Shown in pieces: positions 14,125-26,955 of a stretch of DNA of 64,000 nt; position 1 is the first letter of the stretch; each line of letters begins with the position of its first letter. The position numbers and the translations under genes were made by a program. Origin of the DNA: Mobula hypostoma (lineage: Eukaryota); contig NC_086097.1 of NCBI RefSeq assembly GCF_963921235.1, positions 76,634,001-76,698,000 of the forward strand, written 5' to 3'. The notes under the pieces were generated by a model. That model was not told where the DNA came from and did not search any database. It saw only the letters and a list, made by a program, of their open reading frames with translations.

Positions 14125-14549
14125 GGTGGAGTCCCGGGGGTATTTTGTTTAGGACGTCATTCAAATGCATTATTAGAACAAGACGACAACTTTTATTATG
14201 CTGTGTGTACAGTATATGTACACTGAATATGTTTGTATTCAGACCCTGCAATAGAACCGGTTGGTCATTTATAGGCACATACTTTTATGAGAACTATAAC
14301 TCTATTCTTAAAAATAAACTATTTGCCCTAGTGTATTTTTTATTACTTCGGATGTTTTTAACCATAAAATTCAATTTGTCAACAGCCTGAGTTACGTAAT
14401 TTTGAAAACGTAAACATAATTAAATTCTGACAAATGTTGAGTGAAGTGATTTCAGATCATATGTGAGTTAGAAGGGGTCCATTTCTGGGATTCCCGCATT
14501 TTAGAAGCACTGGAAAAACAATATTGCTGCCTGGCCCCGAAAGATGCCT

Positions 14550-16400
14550 GAAAAGATTCAGTTTTAGCAGAGATCCCCTTCACCGCAGCGCGCACTTTTC
14601 TAGAATACTAACCAAATTAGATTATGGAATGTTAACGCACACTGTGCATGGTTTGATTTCTGGTTATCTTGTATTAACATCTGGCAATTAAGCACATTCA
14701 TCAAGGCGTTTCGCATATGATGAGAAATTTTAAAAATATCCTTCCAACTCATAATGCAGCGGTTGTTGAAGCCTCAATGCGGTGTTCTTATAAACGCAGA
14801 ATTAAACTGGAGCGCAGAGCTGTGTGAGGATTCCCTACCATCTTTCACCTGAACGCAGCTGATTATTTCAATATGCGCAAGTGGAAAACTATTATGTCCA
14901 CAGCTAACCTCGGTGAAATTGTTCTTGGCTCTGCGGTGGTTAAAACGCTCGTACGCGAATCAGGCAGGCTTCTGGATAGTTTCTTTTTCACCATTCAGTC
15001 CCACAAAGTGATCTACGCTGAGCAGATCGTGAAGAGAAACTAAGGGTTGCATTAATCACACTTTTATGTTTCTTGCTCAGTACATAAGGGAAACAAATGT
15101 GGGGTTTTGTTTGGATGGACGGCAAATTCCCCTTGATGAGAAAAAGCACAAAGACAAATGTTTTGCTGGTTTCGGAATTTCCCGTGGAAGGGCAGATGCA
15201 ATGAAAGTGAGGGCTGATTGACAGTCGTCGCTTACGGCGTGCCCAAGCTCCCCTATATGGATGTATGGATCCGTCTTATGCTAATACCGAGAGATCAACG
15301 GTTTACTGACAGTAGAGGGACGAAGGGTCCAGCGGGTGAGCGCAGCCGGCTCTTCAACAACCATGGCTGAAGGGGGTGAAGGGGAAGATGAAATTCAGTT
15401 CCTCAGAACTGTGAGTATCGTTATAGAAATAACCCTTTTCTACACAAACAAGAGAACGCGACTCAACCTATATTTTAAGTCAGCAATTCTGTGCGATCAC
15501 GTAGCGTGGGTCCCGAGTTCATGGCATTCACGGTGGTGTAGTTTGCACAGTGTGAAAATCAACTGGGAAAGTGATCGATACTAAACTAGATTATCTTTAT
15601 TTTGCTATTCCCTTTGGTTAATGTGCCCTAGTGAATTATATTTGGAGTGCCATATACAATGCAACGACGCTTAATGTCACGCTGCAAGGATAAGAGACCA
15701 AAATTCCACGGTGGTAGTGATGATCTTGTATCTAGTTTAATGAGTGTACGTAGAACAGTATTTAAAAACATGCATCCCCCAACGATGGGTTTCTAAGAGA
15801 TTATTTTAGCAACATTCCTCGGCTATCCGGGAACCGTGGTAACGCATTAACACCGGCTTGAAGTTTGCCGCTTATTTAATTAAAAAAAAGACGGTGCATT
15901 TTTAAAAGAATACAAGTTACAAGTACTATTACGTGCTTAATAGAGTAAGTAGTTGATGATAGCATGTGCGAAATGTAGATCTTTCCTAAAGCTGAGCTGT
16001 CAAGACTAATTCAAACTAACTCTTACACAAACTGGATTTCCTTGGACACTGGGCTTTCCCAAGAGAAGAGCGGCACGCAGCTCAACTTCATTACATGGTG
16101 GTTCTGCCTATTTTTAGTGGGATGACTGCGGTGTATGTAGGGAATGTGCTGCCCGGTATTGTACTGTAAACGATACGAGCTGGCGGCCCACACGCGCGCA
16201 ACAGGTGCCTTGTGGCATGTTGCTCCCTCCGGGACCATCCGGCCGGCCACTGCCCAGGCAAGCGCTTGCAGTGGGGTTGGGGCTGGGGCTGGGGAGTGAG
16301 CCGAGACACGGCGTTAGTGTGAGATGAATGCTGAGGAGAGCAACTTCTAATTTCACCCAAGAGCAGAAGTAACTAGGAACAGATTATTATCACTTGACAA
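14550..16400. promoter_or_regulatory. CpG-enriched promoter / first-exon region of RYR3
   Basis: Visibly more CG dinucleotides (e.g. cgcagcgcgc, cgctcgtacgcg, acgcgcgc) than the CpG-depleted remainder; spans exon 1. TSS not determined. Confidence 0.6.
15363..15410 (+). CDS. RYR3: Ryanodine receptor (RYR3-like) coding exon 1, MAEGGEGEDEIQFLRT
   Basis: 16 codons matching the RyR N-terminus; strong Kozak context (acaaccATGg); canonical donor ACT|gtgagt at 15411; phase 0. Confidence 0.93.
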
Positions 16401-16641
16401 AGGAAAGGCGTTGGAGGAGGTGTTAACTGGATAACATTTTATCCTCCAGCCTTTTATTAAGTATTTGACACTTGAAGCTACATTACCACCACAGCGATAA
16501 ACTTGGACACCTAAATCAAAGTTGTATTGTCCGAAAACCGATTAATCCAAGTCAATTCAAATCCACAAAATATTGGAAAGCAATTTCAAGAATCAGGCAC
16601 CTATGTCCTGTGTAGTTGAGCAACTAGGAGGGAGTCTGGAG

Positions 16642-16800
16642 CCATACACATCAAAGTTGCTGGTGAACGCAGCAGGCCAGGCAGCATCTCTCGGCCCGAA
16701 ACGTCGACTGCACCTCTTCCTAGAGATGCTGCCTGGCCTGCTGCGTTCACCAGCAAGTTTGTATGTGGCTTGAATTTCCAGCATCTGCAGATTTCCTCGT
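16642..16800 (+). mobile_element. Short fold-back PLE terminus with 14-bp TSD
   Basis: TSD gagggagtctggag at 16628-16641 and 16801-16814; perfect 35-bp inverted arms 16657-16691 / 16722-16756; same family as 32004. Confidence 0.9.
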
Positions 16801-16905
16801 GAGGGAGTCTGGAGAGAGATTTTGTATCCTCGCCATTATATTCATAGCAAAATTTAACAGACTGGAATATTTTAGCTCATTCGGAGTTTATTCCCCGCCC
16901 CCGGT

Positions 16906-17931
16906 TGCAAGGACGTGGCTGGGGACGAACCCAAGAACAGGACACATGCACGGAGACAGGGTCGTGAGGCGTTAGCGTAGCCGTGAATCGTGGAACAGGT
17001 ATTCAGGAGAATCTTTACACGGAGACAAGGTTTACCAGCTTAGAATTGACAGTCCTAAGGGATCAGGAAACGAGATTTACCCACCCTAGAATAGACCAAC
17101 GGACTGGCGAGGTATGATAGTGACGCCAGGGTTCTTATCCTCAGTTCGCTGATGGAAAGTAGGTGTGCTGTAATTAATGAAAACTGGGAACAATTGGAAA
17201 TCAGACGAGGAGGTTAAGACCTAATCAAGGAGATAATAGCAAGATGGTCATTGTGGAGTGGAGGGTAATGAAAAGGTGGATAGTACAGCTAAACAATGGC
17301 TCAAATCGTCTGTAATAGAGGTCCAGATCCCTCTTAGCAAAGCGGAAGTCAGGAGCATTATAAAAACACGTATTGAGACATGGCAGAAACATTGGGATGA
17401 GAGTGAAACAGGGAGACAACTGTACAAATACAGAGGCAAGTCAGATACAAAAGATTGTCAAGTGGATATAGAAAGACAGAAGTGATCATCAGTCGTTTGA
17501 GAATTGGACACACTAGTCTTAATTACACATTACACAAAATAGGGAAGCATCCAACTGGGTTGTGTGAATACTGTAATCAACCAGAAACAGTTGAACGTGT
17601 ATTGATAAAATGTAAGAAATATCAAAAAGAAAGAGTGAAGATGATAGGAGTGCTTAAGATAAACAAAAAAAAACTGATGTGGGTATAGAAGACATTTTAA
17701 GTGGGAATTCAAGAGAAATACAGATCCATATCATGAAGTATCTGAAAGACTCAGGTTTATTATATAGAATTTAGGGAATGCAATTCTTTTCCCTTCTCTT
17801 TATCCAATGATCCACACTCCAGTCTAGTAGGTGGTGGTAATGCACCTTAAAGCTGGTTTGCCAACTGCCATAAAACAGCACAAGAAGAAGAAGTATAGCA
17901 AGATGGGGCATTGCCGGACTGGAACATGACA
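16906..17931. mobile_element. Solo LTR-like element interrupted by a LINE insertion
   Basis: Starts tgcaaggac, ends catgaca; related to 13707-14124; split at 17248-17894. Confidence 0.55.
17248..17894 (+). mobile_element. Nimb/I-clade LINE 3' fragment (end of RNase H + CCHC knuckle), (AAG)n tail
   Basis: GHCGVEGNEKVDSTAK and SRLRIGHT..C..C..ETVE..L..C motifs; 12-bp TSD atagcaagatgg at 17236-17247 and 17895-17906. Confidence 0.85.
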
Positions 17932-20900
17932 CCCCCAAGTCATCCTCAAAGTGTAGACATTGCCTGCAGTACGTTGCTCATCTCCAGTTCTGCTAAGGTG
18001 GTAGTAATTGTCTAGCTTCTTCCTCCTATCTCATGTAGGACCATTTTGATGCAGAGTTTAAATTAAGTGAAAAAAATGCAACACATATGCCATCAGATTG
18101 GGTTTATCAATTCATTGTCAATTATCAGTTCAACGTGAATGCAGCCAACCTTTCTTTCCAGGTGAAAAAAACAACTTCAAGCTTGCATGATTCTGGTGAT
18201 GCTTTTTCTGTGGTAATTATTCAGTACCATGATAAATATATAAAGAGCAATTACAGTAATTTCAGAGCCCACACTTATTATGATGGCAAAACTCTCAGTT
18301 ACTGTATATTTATTATCTCGCTATAAAGCTGGCAGCAAATGTAGGGGTGGGTATGTTAAACCTGTACCACATAGTTGAAGTACTGCATGCATGCAGGGAG
18401 CACTAGGAGAGAAGATCTACAAGGATGATGGCAGAAATGCAAACACATCAGGAAAGGACTAATGGTCTGCATCCTTTTTCACAAGAAAGGAAAAGGGAGC
18501 TTGCTAAAATCATGAGGTGTTTTGGTTGAATCGTTATAGAAGAAAATGAGGCTTGAAAGGGGTGCACACACTGATGTGGACATGTTGAGCCAAATGGCCT
18601 TTTATGTCATACAGTATAGGCCTTAAAATCTCTTTGGAGCTTTTGTAGTTAGTGCGTACATTTAGGTCAATACAGAGATCTGGGAGTTTAAATTGACACT
18701 TCCTGGCTTCTTTGCAGGATGTGTTGCTAAATAGAAATTAAAATTTACAAATGCAAGTCTTCTTGTAGTCACTGAATTGATAACTCAAAGTCAATGGCCC
18801 TCTCTTTCAAGCCCTTGGAAATGGCGAACTCCCAACCGAATGAAGTGTATAAAAGTTTTTAATGGCACTTACAAAATTTTTGTTGAAAACCTTATTGGCT
18901 GTGAGAAATAGATGTTACTTGCACCAGTATAATTCATTCACAATAATTATTCCAAAGTTATTTGTTTTAATATTAAGATGTTTGAAACTTTATCTTTTAC
19001 ATGAATCATATGTTTATGCCACAGGCTTAATTTTTCTTCCTGTAAACAATAAAAAATAAGTTTGTTAAACATAACAGCAATTTTTTTTTGATTTAGTAAC
19101 AAGTCCTTAGTGTGATTGGCTGATGTAAGTTTATTACTATTGGAGAACTCAATAAAGGGTAATATTTGAAATGGCCATGGATCTGCACATTTATACAGAA
19201 GGCAGTTCAAACTAAAGTGTGGATTATCATAATCCTGTGGTAGGTATTCATGACAGCACAACTGCTGTGTATTACTTTTTAGCAATCCAGTCATTATGTA
19301 GTGAGCTTTCATATTGTTTGTTGTTTCTTTTGTTATACTGGCATATACCGATAAGCTTTCAATCCATTTGTCAAATAAAATGTGTAATTGGTTCCAAAAA
19401 TCATCAGCAACTTGTGAAAGGAAGGAAGGAGAAAGCCAGAGTAACCTCTTACTCCAAAAAACTGAAGCATTTTAATATGTAGCACGAAGTTGAAATGTAA
19501 AGTCTCAGGTTATCAAATTCAATACTGAATTGGCTACAGAAACTGAGATTAGGCATAGAGAAGAAAAAATGCATGAAGGAGAGGTACAGGAGACAGGGGA
19601 GGGGAAGCTTTTTTGAATGGCTGGCCAAAATAAGTTAAAGTACTAAAACAGTATAGTTGCCAATGTTATTTCTCAGTACCAGAGTGACAAGTTGGCAGTA
19701 ATTAACATTTGACTGCTACAGAGAATATGATTTCACAAGATTTGGCAAACTGCCGCTTTTCTGGTGTGTTTAATACTTCTGTATCAGAGAAAGCTAGAAG
19801 TGCACACGCTTTAATGCATTAATGCACAGGTGAGTTTCTCAGAGTTACCATTATTACTTAGCTTCTGAAGAAGCAGGGCATCATCCTGATTTATAGATTT
19901 AATTATCCATGTGCAAACATTTGAAGTTGCTGATGATTAGTAACAATCAACAATGTGGTCTATTGTTATTGCTACAAAATACAGCCCAAAATATCAAGAT
20001 AATGAAAAGATGTGATGTTGTGGTCAGGGAACTGCAAATACTGTATTGTGGAATATGTTACTTTGAAAAACAAAGCTTTAGAAAGGCACATGACCTTTTG
20101 CCTTATTTTCAAAGACCCACATGGGGAAATAGTAGCCACATCTCGGGGATTATTGGATGCTTCAATTAAAACTAGCTTGAGCTCACATTTACTGTACCAT
20201 TCCACATTATATTAGCCTTTATGCAACCAGCCATGGTTTGATGGGATTTGTGCACAACAGAGTGAATAAGCTAATTTATTCTTGCCAAAACATTACCAGT
20301 CAGACAGCAAATAATAATTGGATATTTCCTCATTAGCCCAAATCATCTTAATTACTAGTATTTCAGTATTGTATGCTGAAATACACAAGATTATAATTAG
20401 ACCCATGTAATTAAGTGATGCAACAAAGAGGCAGATTATAAGCTAGTTTATGCATATCACAGTAACCCCATATCAACAAGGTTTGACTAAGTCGAGTGTT
20501 AGCCTGGATTTTGTTCAGAAGAACAACTGAAAGCAATGTTTTTTTTAAACTTGTACTTGCCACAAGCATTGTGTATATTTCTATACATTGCTGTGAAGCA
20601 ACTATCCAAATATCAGGGCAAACAAGCAAGTGACCATTAACCTAACTGAAGACTTGTTGAAGGGCAATACTGAGTGTGATCAAAGAAGTGTTAATGTCAA
20701 ATCAAACCAGAAAGAAACAAAATGAAAGATAGAGCATGCTAGGAGAGATTAAAAAAAAAAGATTTTTTTAAAAAAAAACCTTGCTGAAGAATGGGTATAG
20801 CACTTGTACAAGTTAATTTCCAGAGCTATTGTGGTTGTTTGCTAATAATTAAAATATAATTTGTTGTTGAAGGGTGTACTTACTGAGTCAGAGCCTAATA

Positions 20901-21659
20901 CAGTGAGGTAATCACAGCAGTGCAGCTTGACTCTGTCCAATGTACTTGAATGTGAGTTGATAGTATATGCCCATTTTGGGAAGAGCAGTGATTTTCCAAA
21001 GCTAAATCTAGCCAGATATTAAATATACTGTCCAAGATTGAAAAAAACTACAGAATACAATTTATGTTTGGACTCATTATACTGTTAATGTTACAAACTT
21101 TGAGTAACAGATTTATGAAATGTATTACTTTAATTATCTTTCTGGATTGGAATAGTACAATAGATTAAATTCTAGGGTATATCTTTTGGTCAATAGCACA
21201 TTACTCCAGTAGATGGCTGCATATGAAGCATTTGCCTGAGCCTGCATAGCATTCTGCTAATTTTTCATTCAGTCAGTCTTTAATCCACTTTGCTCTTAGA
21301 GACATTTTCTAAGCCAAGTATCTCTAAAATGTGCCCAGGAAGCTTTTATTTTCTCAGTTCTGAATGCTAATTAACAGGTCTTTTGAATATTGCACACCCA
21401 ATACTATTTCTTGTCAAACAGCAAAAAAAAACTCAGAAGCTAGAAATCTGAATTAAAACAAAAAAAAAATACTGTAAATTCTTAGCATGAAAAATATCTT
21501 CTGTGGAAGAAAAAATGGAATTAATGTTAATTCTATTTCTCCCTCCATAGATGAAACTAGAATTGCTGAATATTTCCATAATTTTCTATTTTATGTTTCT
21601 ATTTACTATTTCCATTAAAATGTATGTAAGGTATAGTGTAAAGGTTCAATTTCTTTTGA

Positions 21660-22061
21660 TATCAGTCTTCGTGAACATCGATTTCTCCTTCCAGTATTTT
21701 TTTTTCTTTTCTCCTCCCTTCCCTCTTCTATTCCCCACTCTGGCCTCTTACCTCTTCTCCTCACCTGCCAATTACACCCCCCACCCCCAGTGCCCCTCCT
21801 TCTTCCCTTTCTCCCATAGTTCACTCTCCTCTCCTATTGGATTAATTCTTTTCCAGCCCTTTACCTTTCCCACCCACCTGGCTTCACCTATCATCTTCTA
21901 GCTAGTCCTCCTTCCCCTCAACCCACCTTTTATTCTGGCATTTTACCCATTTCCTTTCCAGTCCTGAAGATGGGTCTCAGCCCAAAGTGTTTACTGTTTA
22001 TTAATTTCCATAGATGCTGCCTGACCTGCTGAGTCCCTCCAGCATTTTGTGTGTGTTGCTC
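21660..22061 (+). mobile_element. PLE pLTR / 3' fragment
   Basis: Reverse complement of the 4562-4910 type sequence; degenerate hammerhead cagtcctgaagatgggtctcagcccaaa near 21959. Confidence 0.85.
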
Positions 22062-22597
22062 CAAAAGTGTGACTTTGTTAGGCCAGAGCAAGTCTTCTTC
22101 AGGAAACTCTTCTGGAACTCTTGACAGCTGGCAAGCCCCTGCCATCTAACTTTGCCATTTATGAAAACTGTCAGCATTTTCAAATGTTTCTAAACACATA
22201 AAATATTTAAAATGAAATAAATCATTAAGCAATCTGAAATGATTGAAGCATTTTTAAAAGTTAGTGAATAATATCAACAAATTCTTTTCAAAAATTACTG
22301 TAGTTATCAGTTGAGAGGCTACACAGAAGGATCAATCAGAGAGTCTGAGAGTGTTTTCTCTGAAGTAAAGCCTGGGGAGAGATGTGGTTCAGAATATAAA
22401 GTGATGAGTGATTGTGGCTGGCTGTTCCCTTTGGTGGATTAGACATCACAGGTATAAATTAACAAAAATGAAAATTAAGAGTGATAAGCAAAAAGATCTT
22501 TTCAATACAGCCTATGGATGTGTGGAGACAGGTTCTGTTGTGGCCTTCAGGAGGGAAGTGGACAAATACTGAATATTAACATATAATGTAGTTTGAA

Positions 22598-24102
22598 TTC
22601 ATACTGCAATTTGAAAGGGAGAAGCATAAGTCACATGTATCAATATTGCAATGGAATTAAAGGAAATTACAGAGGCATGAGAGAGGAGCTTGCCTAGGTG
22701 GATTGGAGGAGGATACTGGCAGGGATGACGGCAGAGCAGAGATGGTTGAAGTTTCTGAGAATAGTTCACAATGCGCAGGATAGACATGTCCCACAGAAAA
22801 AGAAGTTCTCAAATGGCAAGGGTGGACAACCGTGGCTGACTAGGGAAATTAAGGACAGCATAAAAGCCAAGGAAAGAGCATATAAGGTAGCAAAAGGGAG
22901 TGGGAAGTTGGATGATCGGGATGTTTTAAAATCAAACAAAAGGCAACTAAGAAAGCTCTAAGAAGGGAAAAGATGAAATATGAGGGCAAACTGGCTAATA
23001 ATATAAAGCAGGATACCAAAAGATTATATAAAATGGAGGTGAAAGTTGATATTGTACCATTGGAAAATGATGCTGGTGAGGTAGTAATGGGGGACAAAAA
23101 ATGGCAGATGACTTAATGGGTACATTGCATCAGTCTTCACTGTGGAAGGCACTAGCAGTATGCCAGAGGTTTGCGAGTGTCAGGGAGCGGCAGTGACTGC
23201 CATTGCTATTACAAAGGAAAAAGTGAGAGGCAAAGTCAAAGGTCTTAAGGTGGATAAGTCACCTGGACCAGATGAATTACATCCCAGAGTCCTGAGAGAG
23301 GTTGCAGAAGAGATAATGGATACATTGGTCATGATCTTTCAAGAATCACTCGATTCTGGTATGGTCCCATAGGAATGGAGGATTGAAAATGTCACTCCAC
23401 TCTTTAAGAAAGAAGGAAGACAAAAGAAAGGAAACTGTAGGCCAGTTAGCCTAACCTCAGTAGTTGGGAAAGTGTTGGAATCTATTATTGATGATGATGT
23501 TTCCGGGTACTTGGAGACTAATGATAAAATAAGTCAAAGTCAGTATGGTTTCTGTGAAGGGAAATCTTGCCTGACAAATCTGTTAGAGTTCTTCCAGCAA
23601 GTAACAAGCAGAGTGGACAAAGGAGAGGCAGTGGATGTCATTTACTTGGATTTTTAGAAGGGATTTGATAGGTGCCTCATGTGAAGCTGCTTAACAAGAT
23701 AAAATCCTCTGGCATTACAGGAAAGATATTGGCATGGATAGAAGAATGACTGACAGGCAGGAGACAGTGAGTGGGAATGAAAGGGGCCTTTTCTGGTTGG
23801 CTGCCAGTGACTAGAGGTGTTCCTCAGGGGTCTGTATTGGGACCGCTACTTTTCACATTGTCTGTCAATGATTTTGATATTGGAGTTGATGGCTTTGTGG
23901 TGAAGTTTGTAGATGATAAAAAGATAGGTGGAGAGGTAGGCAGTGCTGAGGAAGCAATGCGATTGCAGCAGGACTTAGACAAATTAGAAGAATGGGCAGG
24001 TGTATGGGGTTGAGCAGGATCCGGGATCAGCCATGATGGAATGGTGGAGCAGGCTCGATGGGCTGAATAGCCTAATTCTGCTCCCGTGTCTTATGGTCTT
24101 AT
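22598..24102 (+). mobile_element. CR1 LINE fragment with internal deletion
   Basis: [16 protein letters not shown] and DLDKLEEWA are joined directly to the CR1 3'UTR and cttatggtcttat tail; same subfamily as 38182. Confidence 0.92.
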
Positions 24103-24669
24103 ATATAGTGAACTAAAAATTTGCAGAGCTACGGAGAAAAGTTTGCAATGTGAAAATAGCACGTAGCTGATCTAGATATTAAGGGCTGAATGGCTGACTC
24201 TAGTGCTGTAGCTATTCTGTATTTTTATGATATGACATGAAAGTAAACAAAAATGAATTTAGAAAAGGGTATGTCCTTCCTTTCAGCTCCAGAAGCTCAA
24301 TTAAAATCCGTAGGTTTGTGGATCCAAGAATCTATTTCTCCACTACTTTTCCCATACTACACTCCCTGACACACACAATAATATCAGCTATCCCTGCTGC
24401 CCCCTTGCTAGGATTAGTTCTGTTTAGAACCACCAGTATATCCAGCAAAATCTAGGTCGTGAATTATTTCTTATGTTATGAACTTTTCAGTTGCATAAGT
24501 TGTTGAAATGTTCATCTTCAGCTCCTCTGTCTCAAGAAATCTTAAAAGATCTAAGATATAAAAGAAAGGAAAACCTGATTTTGAATGGTGCCTGCCTCAA
24601 TCATAAAACACCTCATTGTATTTATAGTATTTTGATTTCTCTCACTACGGCAATATAGAAAACAACAAC

Positions 24670-24800
24670 AGGCAAGCTTGCATTGAGAATATTCCACAAA
24701 TAAAAACATTGCAAGTGACCAGATGTTTGTTTACATGATATTAGTTTGGGGATAAATGTCGGCATTGGGACTGTATAATTCAACTGCTTTCTTCAAGGAA
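24670..24800 (-). mobile_element. Old DeuSINE (SacSINE1-like) fragment
   Basis: ccacaaa...tgaccagat...gggataaat...ctgctttcttc resembles my recollection of the consensus; highly diverged. Confidence 0.4.
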
Positions 24801-26789
24801 CCTATTGATAGCAAGTTAAAGCTCTTTGAAGAATCAGTCAGATGCACTGCGTTTTTTACATGATATAAACTATAGAACAGATTTTTGCTGGCAATGTATA
24901 TGTGAAAACTGAAATGATTAATATAAATTATTTTCTATTAAGGTGATCCTTAAATTTATCTCGATCATTTTAATTGAAATGAGTTAGACAAAAAAGTGAT
25001 CATTGGCAAATTTCCAATACTTCTTTAAAACTATGTTGCTTTGATTGCATTTGCAGTCCTTAACAGCAAAACTCCTGATCAGCAACAATCCACATTATAA
25101 TTAATGGGCCATTACTTTGCCTAGTAAGAGATGCGTGAAAGAAAATAGGGTGCCGTATTTTTAAACGTTCAGAAGAAAAACATTGAGAAGATAACATGAA
25201 TGCATCAGACATTTATGAATGCATTGTAATTTACATATTGATGCAATACTTTTGGTTCATCTCTGATATTGTGAATGTTATTTTATTTGTCGCCATTTCA
25301 GATTTTCTCGTGAGGTTCTTTAAACTGCTGATTTGCTTTGACTAAGTAATAATGTATGTCATTTTCTAAAATGAGAATTAATAATGTAGATAGGGAGCTT
25401 TTGTCAAGCGGATTGATGATGAAAGATGCAAAGTCCTGTGGATAGATTAGCTTTATCAATCAGCTGATTTATGGCTAGATTAATAGACCTTTGAGGCATG
25501 TTAATTAAATGAGTTGTTAGCTACCTCAGAAACACTGAAGAATATTTATTATTGAAACTTTGTAGTGGTCGCTTTCTCCGCTCTCACTAACAAAATTTGA
25601 TACTAATAAGATTTAAAATATGGATCTGCAAGAAATTGAGAAAAATTACCTTTGTTACACTTTCCTAGACAGGAAACACACTGCCACACCTTATTTTACA
25701 GCAAGGGACCTCTAAGTAAGCTATCATATATATTTTTAAAAAACGGGAGCTATAAAAAGTCAGAATAAAAGTTGTATTTATTTGATTTATTTTTTGCCTG
25801 TAGTGCTTCATTCATTAAAATGTTGGGCTCAATTTACCAAATTAAAGTCAAACAACTTTAGAGCAGGCAATCAATACACAACTCTTCAGAATATTACATA
25901 ATAATTAAATCATTAAATATCTAATTCCAGTAAAAACTACTAGCAATTCTCTTAGTAGTTTTTATGTGCCATAAATTTGTAAACATTGTTGAAAATTTTA
26001 AGGTATTTGTGGTTTTGACAGTTGACTATGAACATTTAAAAAAAATATTTGGAAGGAGAAATGGATCTGATATGATAGTTTGTCTTTCCTTGATGAGATC
26101 ATTGTAGGAAATTGTTTACTGTTAAACTTGCAGGTATCTGAAAGATTAAGTGACAATCATAGTAAAAAAAAATGCTAAAATTTCTCAATAGGCAGGACAA
26201 TATCCCTGAATAGAAAGAGAGAGAGAGTCTCACATTTCAGATTGAAGTCTCTATATCAGAATTGAAAAAGAATAATTTTCCCATCAGAATCCACTTTTCC
26301 TCACAGAGACATATTTGCTATTCTTTGTCGTCAGTATTTTTTCTTGCGTTCATTCCGCTCCACATATTTTCTTGTGCTTCACTTTCTATTGCCCCATCAT
26401 TTGCTTCTGATGTGTGAAATTAGTAAAATATTTAATAACTGTAGCTTTTTCCTGTTCTTGTGAAAGGTCATCATCCTGGAACATTAACTAGTACACTTTC
26501 TACAGATGCTGCCTGACCTGCTGAATAATTCAAGCATTATCAATTTTTCATTTCAGATTTCCAGGATCTGTAATATTTTGCTTTTGTTTAATGAGTCAAT
26601 TAGTTCAGCTTTCTCAGCTGTTCATGTAAGCAATATAATGAAATGAGATATCACCTATCTTTTAACATAACATAGAACATGCTGTGTGCTAAGGCAATAA
26701 GACATTTTAGATGTCAAATGATAAGTAGGACTTAACTAGTTGTTGACATAATTTCATATGTGAGATTCAACTGATTGTTTTTTTTAATG

Positions 26790-26955
26790 TGACTGCCTTA
26801 ATGATCTGGAGAGCTATGTTGGCTGGAGTCAGGACTTCATGCTTTGGCTCTTGGTAGCATCACCCATATCAAACTGGTCAAAGAGTAGAGGCTACACTAA
26901 GAGTGGATGCTAGTCCACTGATCCTCTAGATTCAGGGGTTCAGCCCAGGGCTACT
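26790..26955 (+). mobile_element. RTE-derived short element, partial copy B
   Basis: Matches 8450-8600 (gagctatgttggctggagtcaggactt). Confidence 0.8.

Noticed and set aside
15336..15584. 82-aa ORF as a standalone gene
   Set aside because: Only MAEGG...FLRT is RyR sequence; the rest is read-through past the gtgagt donor into the intron.
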